From the NCBI GenBank assembly GCA_965153285.1, contig OZ229122.1: a DNA stretch of 64,000 nucleotides; one strand, 5' to 3'. The stretch's first letter is position 1. Each line of letters opens with the position of its first letter. The notes beneath the pieces are model-generated. The model did no database searches. It was not told the origin of the DNA and worked only from the letters and a program-made list of their open reading frames with translations. A program made the position numbers and the translations under genes. Origin of the DNA: Podarcis tiliguerta (taxonomy: Eukaryota). Positions 1 to 13,100 of the stretch are shown here, one piece after another.

Positions 1-1990
1 CTTTTAAGTCTGATTTTTGTAAATAACAGACAAAATGATAAGCACTGTAATCACTCAAATGCCTGATATCACCAGTTCTGCTTCAAAACATCACGGCTTT
101 CACCTCTCACCTTTTTAAAAAACGAAGAGCAAAGTTGGGCTGAATTTCAACTCATCACATGCTTGCAGACACATGGGCCTCCACACAGCCACAAATTGGG
201 AAAGTTGAAAGGGACCCTGGGGTCATCTAGTCTAACCCTAAAATGCAGGGTTCATAGCAAGATTTTCACAGCAAGATTTGTACTACCAAAGAGACATACA
301 TATGTACACAGACACAACTGTTTGAAGAGACCACAAGCCATGCTCCTACCATGTACTAAGGAAGAGGAAAATAAAGGTACCCAACTTTATACAGAACCCT
401 TTTAGCAGATCTTGAAGCTAGTTTGAGTGAGAGTTTACTTCCTTAGACTAAAGAGTGCAAGTTCCTAGACTGTTATTATCTTTAAAGGAAGATTGAAGTG
501 AACATTTTCTTCCTAAGATAGGGAGAGGATCTTTTATAAAGCAAAGTTAATTCAATTGATATAACCACTCACAAATAATTAAATCAGCCATAGATTTGAT
601 TTAAAAGGAATACAAAAGTGAACAATTTTCCTGAACTCGCAGAGGCATAGTAAGCCTAATCTATGCCCCCCCCCCCCCTTTGCAGTTTCCTTTAAAGGAA
701 GCTTACTCAGGAGTAAATTTACCTGGCACAGAAGTAAGAAGAAGAAAAAAAAAAAAAACCTGAATGAGACAGAATGAAACAAGGGGGAGCATTTTCTAAG
801 AAAAGAGACCAGGAAGTCTTATAGAGACTGATATCAGGAGCCTTACAATAACTCTTCTGTCCAACCAAATCAAAGTTAAAACTAGACTCAGATATTTTTC
901 TTAGAAGGAACACCATACTTTCATAGGAATATGCTTAATCTAATACATACACTGCATTTTAGCTTGAGAGAGCAATTGTGCTCAACTAGGCTTTTGCAGC
1001 AGAAACATTTGTGTCTTCACAGCACATTTCAAAATGCTGGAATAAAAAAGATTGGAACACGGATATAGACTAAGTTGCAGCAAAACATAATCTACCATCA
1101 ACTTAAATCAAATCATACTCCTCACTCAAGCTACTCAGAGGAAGACTCTTTGGAGCCTCTCTCAAATAACAAACATTTGCACACTTCATTCTAATATATA
1201 TATATATATTTGTCCTGTTTAAGATTGATGAGGCCCAACATTCCTTAGCTTCCTTAGATTTTAAATTTTGAAGCAAGCTGGCAATTTAAAAACTATGTGC
1301 ATTTAAGAACAGTCTGTGGATGCCGAAGCCAATGTAAACACAAACCCTTTAAATATTTCTAAATCTTTGAGTACATCTCTTATTCATTTTTTTTCTCTCT
1401 CTCTCTCTTTTTTTTTTTTTTTAATATATTTTAGAGAAACTAAGATCTCTAATGTGTGGGCTCTCCGGCTGGGCTGTTATTATATCTACTGCCTTCTGAG
1501 CACCATTAGGTTCATGATTTCATGTTCTAACTTTAGGTGATAGTTTAACAACACAATTTTGATGTGTTCAGCTCTCCCTAAGGGTTCACACTCTGATTTT
1601 GTTGAAGGATCCCTGAGGTGGCTGCTGTGCCCTGGGTTCCAGGTGGTGGGCCTAAGCCACCCACTAAAAGTTACAACGGTCTTGTACTTTGTACTTGGAA
1701 AGACCATTTTGCCCCTTTATTTTAACCTGGAGGGGCGTATCAGAATCCTCTCTGGGGCCAAAAGCTCCATGGAAGCTTTGTTGCCAGGAGGAGTCCAGCC
1801 AGGGTGTCTAGTGAGCTCCCATTTTCCCTCTAATACGGAGGGGGGGTTGCTCAGTAGATTACACTAGGAGGTAGAAGAACGGGTACAAGAAAGGGACAAA
1901 GAATGGGGGGAAGAATATTCTACCAGTATTCAAGTTATCTTTCAGCTAAAGCAATCCCTGCCTACCAGTAAACTACAAGCAGTTTGTCTA

Positions 1991-2210
1991 GAAAACCACG
2001 GGTCTCTCTACCCGCATTAGCCTCGAAAACCACGGGTCTCTCTACCCGGAAAACCACAGACCTTACTCTTGAAAACCACGGGTCTCTCTACCCGGAAAAC
2101 CACATGCCTTAAATTCTACACAAACCACGGGTCTCTCTCTCACCCGGAACACTACAGGAACACTCCTGGAAACCACGGGTCTCTTCTACCCGGAAAACCA
2201 CGTCTCTTAA
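1991..2210. repeat. Irregular tandem repeat of GAAAACCACGGGTCTCTCTACCCG
   Basis: About 8 AAACCAC-headed units with variable spacers. Confidence 0.9.
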
Positions 2211-2539
2211 ATTCTACTTCAGTACTGTTCACAAGACTAACCCTAGTGTGGGGCCCCAGTTTATGTACTACCCTCTATTAACCACAACAGCCTCCTACCT
2301 GACCTCGAAACTAATTTCGGGATTCCCTACTGAACGCCTGCACAGCGCAGTGCCGGATCGGGGTCCCGGAAAATTAAAGGTTTGGAAAGGAAGCAAATGA
2401 CCTTGCGTTCTCACGTGCCCGGGTCATCCCTAACAAAGGTCGCCAGGCAGGGGGGGGCGGCTTCATTTGCGTAAGTTTTAGGAGAGTTCGAGAGGAAGGG
2501 AGAGATAGATTTGTAAAGAAAAGTGCAGTATAGATCCGC

Positions 2540-2925
2540 AATTCCCTGGCCGACTCCGAAAGGGAAAAACGGGAGAGGGGGATGGGGGTTAGGACGCCCC
2601 TGGACGACCCCGAAAAGGTGGCGTCTGATAGCAGATAAGAACCGTGTTTCCCTGGACGACTCCGAGGGGGAAACCGGGAGAATTAGGACGCTCCTGGACG
2701 ACCCCGAAAAGGTAGCGTCTGATAGCAGATAAGGACCGTGCTTCCCGGGACGACTCCGAGGGGGAAGACGGGGGGTTTTTTAGGACGCTCCTGGACGACC
2801 CCGAAAAGGTAGCGTCTGATAGCAGATAAGAACCGTGTTTCCCCGGACGACTCCGAGGGGGAAACCGGGAGAATTAGGACGCCCCTGGACGACCCCGAAA
2901 AGGTGGCGTCTGATAGCAGATAAGA
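2540..2925. repeat. Tandem repeat of 94-97 bp (about 4 copies) in the ERV leader
   Basis: Units TTAGGACG.CCTGGACGACCCCGAAAAGGT.GCGTCTGATAGCAGATAAG start at 2589, 2683, 2780, 2874. Confidence 0.93.
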
Positions 2926-3238
2926 AGGAAAGATAGGAAAGTCCGGCTGTCGTGGGGTACTTTTTACCACCCCCCTCCCAATGTGTCTACTTCAAACCCA
3001 TACTCACGTTCGCAGATGTCCCCCGTGGATCCCGGGATCCTTTCTCTTTAGCCGGCTTGACCTCGCCTTTGCTCCCCCTGGTTGGGCTTTTGGTGACGAT
3101 TGATTACCGCCCGCAAAGAGGAGGCAGGGAGAGGAAAAAGGATCCCTGGGCTAAGGTTGCCCAGTGGCGCCTGATCCCTTCCATCTCCCCCCTCACCTTC
3201 ACAGGAGGACCAAGTGTCCCTGAGCATGGTCGCCGAAC

Positions 3239-3974
3239 TGTTGCAGGAAAAATCCGAGGGCTCCCTTGGACAAAAAGTAAAGACACCAACCAGAGTAAAT
3301 TGGAGCAAATCAGCAGCCTGTAGGCTTGGCCTTTATTGTACTGTTGCAGCAGGGTGTTCCCCTCACTCGCAGGAGAGAGGAAAGACCCAGAACAATGGTG
3401 TGCAAGACCTTATAAAAACTTTTGAAATTCCCCTCCTCTAGGTCAAGCCCACCCCCAGAAACATCATGCATACATTACAGAAAGGAGGGGTTGAGGGAGG
3501 AGTTGTGGTGGTAACCTGAGTGTCTTGTCACCTGGCTGGTTCCTCCTTTCTCCCCCTCCCATGAACCAGTTGTGAATAACAAAGAAAAGGTGCAGTTTCC
3601 TTCCCCCTGAGGGGAATCCGGCCATGGTCCTTTTGTTGCTGTCTGCTCTGAATATACAACCGTATGCAGTCCATTGTGTCCATGATGAGATGAGCCTGAG
3701 CCCATCAGGATGCTTATCTCGCTTATCATGCCCCACCAGGTGCAGTAGCCAGGTATGTGACTGCTCGCTTAGGGGATTATGGCTGACCGTCACCAGGGCA
3801 CCCCCCTTAGCTAGTCCTTGAAATATGGAGTAGAATAAAAGTGGAACAGTGCAAATCTGATGTATGGTTGATTTTCTATGAATTTATAACAGAAGTGTAG
3901 CGTATGTAGTGTGTGAGTGTGAGTGTGTGTGAAGTCTGTACAAACTGAATGATGGGGGGGGGTTTCCTGCTACA
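3239..3974 (-). mobile_element. ERV 5' LTR (about 736 bp)
   Basis: Minus strand starts TGTAGCAGGAAA and ends TTTCCTGCAACA (11/12 inverted termini); TATAAG 3409-3414; AATAAA 3332-3337; followed directly by a PBS-like sequence. Confidence 0.85.
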
Positions 3975-4301
3975 CTCTTAAATGGGTTTGTGGGAAGAGG
4001 GAGGGCGGTTATTGTTCTGCTGTTTGTGTTTTAACTATTTATCTGTACTTTTGCACCTTGTGTTTTGATCTTGGGAACCGGCCTGAGATATTTCAATGAA
4101 GGGCAGTCTATAAATCTGATTAACAAACAAACAAATAAAACGAGGCTGTTAAATGGGTGGAGCAGGGCTATTTCAAGGAGTGGCTCCAACGGGTGGTAAA
4201 AGAGTGAGGGCCGAACGTGGCGTTAACTCTGAATTTCTGCCCTTGCTGTGCTGAACAGCAACTTTTGTTTGGTTTGGTTGTTTGAACTGTGAAATCCAGC
4301 A

Positions 4302-4371
4302 AGAGAGAGAGAGAGAGAAAGAGAGAGGGAAAGAAAGAAAGAAAGAAATAAAGAAAGAAAGAAAGAAAGAA
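4302..4371. repeat. (GA)n/(GAAA)n compound microsatellite
   Basis: Direct reading. Confidence 0.9.
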
Positions 4372-4534
4372 TACATAAAGTATACTGTGAGAAGTCAATC
4401 ATGTTGTTCATTTACAGTAGAAACATTTAATTTGCACTGTATTGTGCATTGTTTATCATAAGTCATTTTATATTTCTGAGAGAAAAGGTGTGTTAAAATG
4501 TTCTAAATAAAATACATACCCTTCTACTTAGGAG

Positions 4535-4764
4535 TACAGTGGTACCTTGGGTTACAGATGCTTCAGGTTACAGACTCCAGTAACCCAGAAATAGTACCTC
4601 GGGTTAAGAATTTTGCTTCAGGATGAGAACAGAAATTGTGCGGTGGCGGCGCGGCGGCTGTGGGAGGCCCCATTAGCTAACGGGGTACCTCAGGTTAAGA
4701 ACAGTTTCAGGTTAAGAATGGTCCTCCAGAACGAATTAAGTTCTTAACCCAAGGTACCACTGTA
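4535..4764. mobile_element. Tc1/Mariner (Tigger-like) MITE
   Basis: TA-CAGTGGTACCTTGGGTTA...TAACCCAAGGTACCACTG-TA; TIRs and TA TSD. Confidence 0.9.
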
Positions 4765-5545
4765 CTTTTTAAGTCACCCTAGGGGCCTCCAGATGTTTGA
4801 CGGACTCCAGCTCCCAGCAACCACAGCGAGCACGATCAATAGTCAGGGATGATGGGGGTTGTAGTCCTGCAACATCTGAAGAGTGCCACATGGCTGACCC
4901 CACTTTTAAGGTCTCCCACCCTCCCAGATTACATAAATCTAAGGTGCAGTCCTAGACCCATTTACCTGGAAGCAAACTCCATTTAATTCAATATGTCTTA
5001 CTTTGGACTACACATGTATAGTATTACTCAGTACATGATTAACTCTAATCACAAGTTTGCAACATGTATACGGCTATGTATATGAGTTGTAGTCAATCAA
5101 TCAATTTTGCATATTGATTAATCAATTAAATTTGCATCAACATAAAAGCAGCAGTCCTCAAGTAAATGTATTATTTCTGTTTTTAAAATGCACTATTTTA
5201 GAAGACATATCTCCACCTGCATTGGGAGAGGGAGACTGGTGGCTTTTCAAAGATGACACATACTCAGCATTTATGTACTAATGAAATAATGGCTAATTAT
5301 TTCAAAATCTGCCTGATTAATTGGGGACACCTTTTTATCAAACTGTTTTTAATTATTAATCCTACCAATTAATCAGCTAAATCACTGGAATTTCTTTCTT
5401 ACCCATTGTTTACATGCAGCATTATATTTGGATATTGGCTGTGACTCAATGGTAGAGCATCCGTCTTGCATGCAAACAAGTCACAGGTTCAGTCCCAGCA
5501 GCCAGGAAACAGGAAGTACTCCAATCTGCCCCAGTGTTTCCTGAG

Positions 5546-5789
5546 TACAGTGGTACCTTGGTTCTCGAACTTAATCCATTCCAAGAGTCCGTTTGACTCC
5601 CTATGGTTCAAAAACCAAGGCGCAACTTCCGATTGGCTGCAGGAGCTTCCTGCACTCAATCGGAAGCCATGTCGGACATTCGGCTTCTGAAAAATGTTTG
5701 CAAATCAGAACACTTACTTCCGGGTTTGTGACATTCGGGAGCTGATTTGTTCGGGAGCCAAGCCGTTTGGGAACCAAGGTACCACTGCA
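5546..5789. mobile_element. Tc1/Mariner MITE, second family
   Basis: CAGTGGTACCTTGGTTC...GAACCAAGGTACCACTG TIRs; same family as 38117-38362 in opposite orientation. Confidence 0.88.
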
Positions 5790-6040
5790 CTTGGTCATTG
5801 CCAGAACCCACGATGCATTGAAGCACTCCCTCCTGAGCGCTCAAATCTGCATTGCCCATGGTTTCTCCATGGTACCTTGTTTCCACAGTCAAATTATTTG
5901 GGGTCCAACATGATGAATTGCTAGGAGGGCCAGATCGGGCCTGAGGACTGTGTTTTGGATTCTGAAACTGTACCGCCCTCAACTGTTTGACAGTCTCGTG
6001 CTCTTTTTGCTCTGCCTCAGTCTCCCTTGCTGTCCAGAAT

Positions 6041-6101
6041 TTGTTGTTGTTTAGTCATTTAGTCGTGTCCGACTCTTCGTGACCCCATGGACCAGAGCAC
6101 G
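6041..6101 (-). mobile_element. BovB/RTE LINE 3' tail fragment
   Basis: (TTG)n-TTAGTCGTGTCCGACTCTTCGTGACCCCATGGAC, typical BovB 3' end. Confidence 0.75.
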
Positions 6102-7189
6102 AGCACGATCTTCTTCAATTATGTTTGTGAGCACATAACTATTTCTTCAGATCCCTCTTTAGCCTTTCAACAAAGCTCAACCCCTTAAACCCAACCCTCA
6201 TCACCCGTAACTCAGCCTAAGTAGATACAACTGGATCAATCACATTCACACACCCCTCTACACACCCCTTAATTTTCGTCCCTTTCCTTTGTCTTCCCCA
6301 CTCTCAAATGTTATGACTGTAGTGATGGTAGTGGTGTGATGTGGGGGGGGGGTCCTTGAGAGATCCCCACAGTCGAACATCCTGGCATTTTTCCTTGTGT
6401 AACCCTGCAGGACACAATGTATGCCGTTGGCTCTAGTAAACATTGACTACCAAGGGTAAAAGTAAAAAGTCACAAATAATAACACTCAACAAAAGTGTTG
6501 CCAAAATTGCTGCGTTCTGGGTTTGTTTGTTTTGTAACGATATGCAATGCTCTTTTACGCCACACAGAAGGGAGAAAAGGCAGCGGGGGAAGACATGACA
6601 CTTGCGACATTTGTGAAAAAGGGGCTCCAGCCTCTATGAGATGGGTATGAGAGGAACAAATAGGTTTCCCAGGGTGATCGCCATAGAATTGCCAACATAT
6701 TGGAAATAGAAGGCTTCACACACACTCTCTCTTCCTCACTCTCTGTGTGTGTGCAGGTCATGGATGGCTGGCAGCTGTCCTTCCCTGTGGCACCCTCCTT
6801 GCCAGCTGTCGCTGTTTGACCCAGATAGTCTGGGTTTATTCCAGGTTTTCTGTTATATATATTTCTCTACCTCTCCTCCCCTAGACCCTACCCCTTCCCC
6901 ATACCTTAGATATCACATTCCTCTGCCCCCAAACCAGCTCATCAGTCCCTCTTTGTCTTCCCTTCTCCCACTCTTGTCTTATTCCCCACCTTGTGCCTGG
7001 GATGGTTGTGGGATGGTTGAGAGTGGCAGGAGAGGATATGCTGATTATTATTATCCTTCCTAACTTGCGCTAGCAAGCTTCTTCCCTTAGCAGAGTGCAT
7101 TCCCCTTCTTAGGCAGCAGAAAACTGGTTGCAGGCTCGTGTGAGCCTCTTAAGACAATCAACAATTCAATCTGGCTTGCCCAGATTGAG

Positions 7190-7651
7190 ATATGTTCTAT
7201 TATTCCAGGTAAGACCCCTTTGATCCCTCCTAAAAGAATAAAGACACAACAGTCATATTCGTAAGCAAAAAAATGTAGTTTTACTCACGATCAGGCATAG
7301 CACAGTGTGATCCCTGAAGGCACACTTTAGGCTTAAAGTTACAAACATGTACAAACAGGTTTACCCGACATGGGAGATAACCTGGGGGACTGCTTGTTGG
7401 CAGCCAGCAGTACAGTCCAGGTGAATCAGGAAGTTTGCAAGACGAAAACGATCAAAGAGAGGGAGGTGGCTGCGTGACTTGGCCTTTTACCAGGTCTGGA
7501 AAGGTCACGCCCACCACTGGTCACATGCAAGAGGAAGGATGCTCCAGGCCAGGAGGAACAGGAAGTTTCAACTAGCTGGACCAAACATTCCCTTGCATGC
7601 CCACTCTAGCAAAACAAGGAATGTTGTATTTGACTGCTCCCAGTGGATTAC
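7190..7651 (-). mobile_element. Possible solo LTR
   Basis: Ends in TACA at 7651; minus-strand AGTAAA and TAAAA-like signals in LTR order; left end and TSD not resolved. Confidence 0.4.
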
Positions 7652-9361
7652 ATGCCGCATAGGGCTCCTGCCGTCAGTTTCTGCTTCAGTTCCCTTCAAA
7701 CCCCTCTTCAAGACCTCATTTTGAGCGGTGGACTGCCCTGCTTACAGATCACTTTTCGGACACCAAACACGCCAGCCAACCATTGCACGTTTTTTCCTGC
7801 ACAAGCGTTTTTTAATCCAACCTAGCTGCGCAAAGGTCTGAATGTTTAACTCTAGCAGTTATCATGTTTTGAAAAACACATTCAAGATTGACTGGTTTGC
7901 TTTGCGGCTTTATATGAGTCATAGGATCACAAAGGGACAAATAAATCATAGGACTTCTCTCTCGGGGGCAAGATTATTTTTTCCCATGACAGTTCTGAGA
8001 GCCATAGATCTCCTGTCATTGCAATTATTCATGGGACCACAGGAGAATCATTTAAGTTCAACTCTGTGCTGAAAGGAGATCCGCAACCCCACTATCAATT
8101 CTTTTTTTTTAATGGGAGGATGGCCACTTGAAAATTGCTGGAGAGTTAGTTGCAACAGTTAGTAAACTTTTGGGGGAATATGACAGATCAAAGCACAGAC
8201 ACATACTTTAATATGTGATTGATGTGCCTATTTGGGGGAGCAAAGTTCTGTGAAGTTCAGTATAAAGTTTCTCAGGTCAGGTTCAGCAAAATTACATGTA
8301 GCCGGTCAATTTTTAAGGGAAATTTTTTTAAAGGAAAAATTTGACTGCATCAGTGCCATATTATGAAGATCATGGTCGCTTTGCCAAAACCTTGTTAGCC
8401 TTTTTTGCTAACCTGGTCAAAACAGCCTTGATCTCTGTCAAAAAATGAATTAAGTGCAGCGTCAAATGCAGATATTCTTTACTGTTCAACAGCCTTTCCA
8501 AGGAATGGAATGGAAGCTTGCAGTCCAAAGTTTGGCAACCTTCCAGCCCTACAATTCTATGATTCTATGAACCTCTGGCGCATGCAATCCAGGGCGGTTT
8601 GCCACAAATCAGGAACCAAGTCATTGCAGAAAAGTGCAACGTTGGCAAGTAGCTGAAGATGTCTTGCACAAATGAAGTGGTCATTCCATGCTCCTCCCCC
8701 CTTATTCCCACTTTTCCTGCTTCCTGACACATTTTTCTCCCCTTCCTCTCAGCCCTCCAATCGCACTCATCTAAAGTAGATTTCAAACCCCACCAATCTG
8801 TGGTTTGTGCAGCATCTTTTAGGACTGGAGCTTAACTTCTAAAAAGAGAGGCTCTGGAGTAACTGGAAACTGGAACTTCCGTTTTCTCAAAGCCCTGTTT
8901 TCTAATCCCACCTGTGTATAGTTTGGACTATGGGTTACTTACCTCTGGTTGACATACCTCTCGGAGCTAGGAATATTGCATGCACGGTGGGATACAGCCT
9001 CCCTGCTATGCATGCACTGTAAAGTGTGAACTGGGTGCACCACGGTCCCCACAGACTTTCTATCTCAGAGGATTGGCCAAATGCACAACATTTTACATGC
9101 TGCCCTTGCCCCCCTGCATTGCATAACATATCCCTGGATTTTCTGAAATAAGTGAAGCAGGTTTTAGTAAGGAAGACAATAAACTGGGCTAACGTTTGAC
9201 GCTTCTCTCGAGTGCTATCAATTCACATCTTCCAGGGCTGAATCTGGACAGTGAAAATTGGCTTTGACAGCACATCCTCGTTCTATTAAGTCCTTGCTAA
9301 TGCACCAGGTCAATACAGACGATGCTACACTTATCAGTAACTTAGCGCAGTGTTTGTATCT

Positions 9362-9680
9362 GTGGCTGTGGTCTAAACCACTGAGCCTCTTGGTCGGCGG
9401 TTCAGATCCCTGCAATGGGGTGAGCTCCTGTTGCTCTGTCCCAGCTCCTGCCAACCTAGCAGTTCAAAAACACGTCAAGTGCAAGTAGATAAATAGCTGT
9501 GCGCTCTGGTTTCCATCATGGTCCTCCATGCGCCAGAAGCAGTTTAGTCATGCTGGCCACATGACCCGGAAAGCTGTCTGTGGACAAACGCCAGCTCCCT
9601 CGGCCTGAAAGCAAGATGAGTGCCACACCCCATAGTCGCCTTTGACTGGACTTAACCGTCCAACGGTCCTTTACCTTTTT
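9362..9680 (+). mobile_element. Sauria SINE
   Basis: CTGTGGTCTAAACCACTGAGCC...GCCAACCTAGCAGTTC...GTGCAAGTAGATAAATAG...CCTTTACCTTT tail; flanked by TTGTATCT. Confidence 0.88.
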
Positions 9681-9950
9681 ATCTTGTATCTGGAGAAATG
9701 CTTGTCCGTAGCCCTTGCCAAGACGGTAAAAACCATGTCCCCGTTATCATACAGAAGAGCCAGCACATGACAAGGTTCTGGAGCGGCGCTACCGAGAACC
9801 AGCTCTCCACACGCCTGTATGTCAGGTTGCCAACTTTCCCCACCAGCCCCTGCTCCTCTGCCTGGAGCAGTGGCTTGCTCTGCAGACATGGAGCAAGAGA
9901 TACTGTTTCTCTCAGTGCTATGAAAAGCTGTACATACTCAGCCCTGCAGA

Positions 9951-10177
9951 TACAGTGGTACCTCAGGTTAATTCGTTCTGGAGGTCTGTTCTTAACCTGA
10001 AACTGTTCTTAACCTGAGGTACCACTTTAGCTAATGGGGCCTCCTGCTGCCACTGCGCAATTTCTGTTCTCATCCTGAAGCATAGTTCTTAACCCAAGGT
10101 ACTATTTCTGGGTTAGCGGAGTCTGTAACCTGAAGCATCTGTAACCTGAAGCATCTGTAACCCGAGGTACCACTGTA
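9951..10177. mobile_element. Tc1/Mariner MITE
   Basis: TA-CAGTGGTACCTC...GAGGTACCACTG-TA. Confidence 0.9.
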
Positions 10178-13100
10178 TAGCGGATGTTTTAAAGCACAGG
10201 ACCAGGCTTGGACTGTGTGTGTTTGTGTGTGGTCATCTGTGAGCAAGGTGGCAGTTTATTACTCCTTGATAAAAGGGGTTGTCTGGAGCACAGCCACCCA
10301 CGGTTAGGGCGAAATAACGTTCAGTATTAGCTGCGACAACTTTCCCCACTCTGTCCGAAAGCCTTTGGGCCAAAGAATACCCCTGAGGCCTCTTCGGGCC
10401 TTGCAGCTCGCAGGCCTCAATCCTTGCCTGGGCCAAGCAAATTCCAATGCAGAGAAGGCCAAGCAGAGGCTGCCACACAAGCAAGGCTAAACCTCCCCGC
10501 CGCACATTCACACTTTCCCCACAGTCCTCCAATGACACTAAATATTAATGAGTGGCCTACATTGAAAACCACAAGCACCTGACTCTCCCCTCCCCACCCC
10601 ACCCCCACCCCCCCAACCAGCTCCCTCTCCATCATTCCTTCTGCAGGGCAGCTGCCCTCACGCATCACCGCAGAGACCATCTTCTCTACCAGCAGGAACC
10701 CTCCCTCCCCTTCCCCTCCGCCTTCCCCCCTCCCCGCCACCCCCTTCCCCCCACCACCGCCAACTGGGGACTCGCCAGAAGGCAAAGGGGGGCTGGTGCA
10801 GCTGAGCAGGAGGAAAGCCGTACCAGCTGTGCACTCATTTCCAGAGGTTTCTCTTCCAGCCCAGGCTTCCTTTGCCGCCCTTCTGCGGAGGCAGTGGCAG
10901 TCAAGGCCGGAAGACAGCATTTCCAATAAAAAAAAAGCAGACAGAATAAGGGGTGGGGGAAACGGCTGCGTGCGTGTTTTCGTTGTTTGTAGGTGAGTTA
11001 ATGAGACCTTCTTGGAAGACCAACTATTGCTTTGCCCAACCGAGTAAGATCAGAAGCAGCCAAACTAGTGGGGTCTTCCTTTTGGGGGTGCACAGATTTT
11101 CTTCCCACTCCAAGCGGGAACAGGGTTGCCAACCAACCAGAAAAATAGTGGTCCAACCAGGTTCTAGTGTTCCAGTTTCTGCTTTTAGTCCAGCTGCCAG
11201 AAAAGCAAGGGACAAGGCTGGTTATTCTACCCGCCCCAAGCTGTTTTTATTTTTAGCCGTATGTCAAATCAGGTGAATAGATGGCTTTGGTGTCCCTGCG
11301 CTCTCTCCCAGGCCTGCCAGAAATCTCTGCATGGCGCTCTTTAGGTCCATTCCCCACCAGATCCACTTGGGACTTTTCCGGGAACCAGCATTTTTCTATT
11401 TCAAGCCTTAGCAATCCAGGTAGGGAAAAAACTGCATGCAGAAAGACTAGGATGGACGGAGGAGGTTTGCATCTTCATGCTGGACTGTGGAACAGTTTAG
11501 CATTCTCTCTCTTATGTATGCACACATGCACACTCCTCATGCACAGGCACGGACCCATGGAAGGGCTTCCATGCCTTTTACAAGCTACATGCTTTCAGCA
11601 GGCAAATCTTTTCCTGCTATACAGATATTGGGTGATGGGAAACACATTCACTGTTGAATTTCCTCCTATCAAGCAGCAGCGATTGTTTAAAGCAAAGGGT
11701 GGTTTTTTTAGGGGAGGTGGAAGAGTGGCAACCCTACATTTACGCTAACACAAGTATATTTATTTTCCACAAGTATGCCCAGAACTCCGAATACTTGCAC
11801 TTTTTTAAAAAAAGAAAGAAAGAAAAGAAATTAAGATTCTGCACCCAGGCAATTCAAATTCTGTACCAACGAAAACTTGATTCTGTACCCATGGCAGCTG
11901 AATATTTTATTCAGGCACCTTTCTGGCACACAGTCGCAGCCATAAGGTTTAGAAACATTCTTCTTCTTTTAACAAAAGTTTAAATTGCCAGGGAGCTGAG
12001 CTGGAGACAATATTCTGAATACTTTCTGTTTGCCTGAGGGAAAAGAGCCCTGAGTCTGCCTGTGGCAAATGGTTGGCTAGGTTTTAGGGTATGTCTGCAC
12101 AAGTAATATACTTCACTTCCAGGCGTATTTGGTCATGATTCATGGCCTAGGGAAGCTTGGCAGAGCCAAGCCCTGGAATGTATGGCTTCACCCCCGAACC
12201 CGTTTTCAACGCCAGCATTTAGATATTGAACTTACGAAGCATGAATGTCATTTAGAGGGAAGATGGCACCATTTTGCCTCCTACTCCCCATTTCAGCCAA
12301 CATGTCCTTATTTCTTAAAGGCACCTATAGCAGGAATGGAAGAAACCTTTGGCCCTTCAGGATGAACTACAACTCCCATCAGCCCTAACAAGGATAGCCA
12401 ATGGTCAAGGATGATAGGAGTTGTAGTTCAGCAAAATCGGGAGGGCCAAAGGTTCCCCACACCTGACCTATAATTTGACCCAGTCCATGAATTCTGAGGG
12501 CACGGCCAAACTGTCACTATTTTCGGGTGGGATTCAATCACACACCAGCAGCAAATTGAATCCCACTTCAAATTGGACTTCTTGTAATAGGGAACTGGGA
12601 ACTGTAGGGCAATATTTGCTCAATCTAGCAATTGGAGCTTCCAGACGACCTGTTCCTTGAGCAATGACCCAGATTTGTTTGTGGGGAGGATGGACAATGT
12701 AGCATCAAAGCAAGTGCTTTCCTTAACTCAAGCATTCCAATATCTAGGGAAAGCAGGGACTCCCAATCAATTGTGCAATCTGCATGAACAATATGTGACC
12801 AAATTCTATTATTCTATGAAATCCTGCCTGAATATAGCGACAGCCTAGAAGCACCCATTGTCTGATCTCTTTGCAAGCAAATTAAGAGGATCAGTGCTCC
12901 ACAGAAATTTCGTCTTGAAGCAGCCTGAGTGACAATTGTTACAATCAATCCAAAGGGCAAATGTATTAAGTGTGCGTGTCAAAATGGTGCCCACTCGCAG
13001 TCTTATAGGTTGTGTGTATAAAATACCCCACTCTTCTTAACATGCACTGCTTGGTTGCAATTTCATCTTGAATACATCCAATTGGCCTTGATGAAAATCT

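Larger units (their letters stand above)
1..3238 (-). mobile_element. ERV internal region (leader and non-coding internal sequence), runs off the left edge
   Basis: Degenerate tRNA-Arg-type PBS (CGGCGACCATGCTCAGGGAC, about 3216-3235), splice donor AAC|GTGAGT 3001-3010, leader tandem arrays; no intact gag/pol ORF seen; left extent inferred. Confidence 0.7.

Noticed and set aside
1830-1850. PPPY late-domain motif on minus (gag remnant)
   Set aside because: Bounded by stops on both sides in that frame; no other gag motif recognised.
2540-2925. CRISPR-like repeat-spacer appearance
   Set aside because: The spacers are near-identical copies, there are no cas genes, and the context is a vertebrate ERV.
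5437-5500. tRNA gene
   Set aside because: Degenerate A/B boxes and no closed acceptor stem; better read as a SINE head.
10417-10929. 169-aa and 125-aa ORFs
   Set aside because: Low-complexity products of C/G runs; no domain or exon structure.
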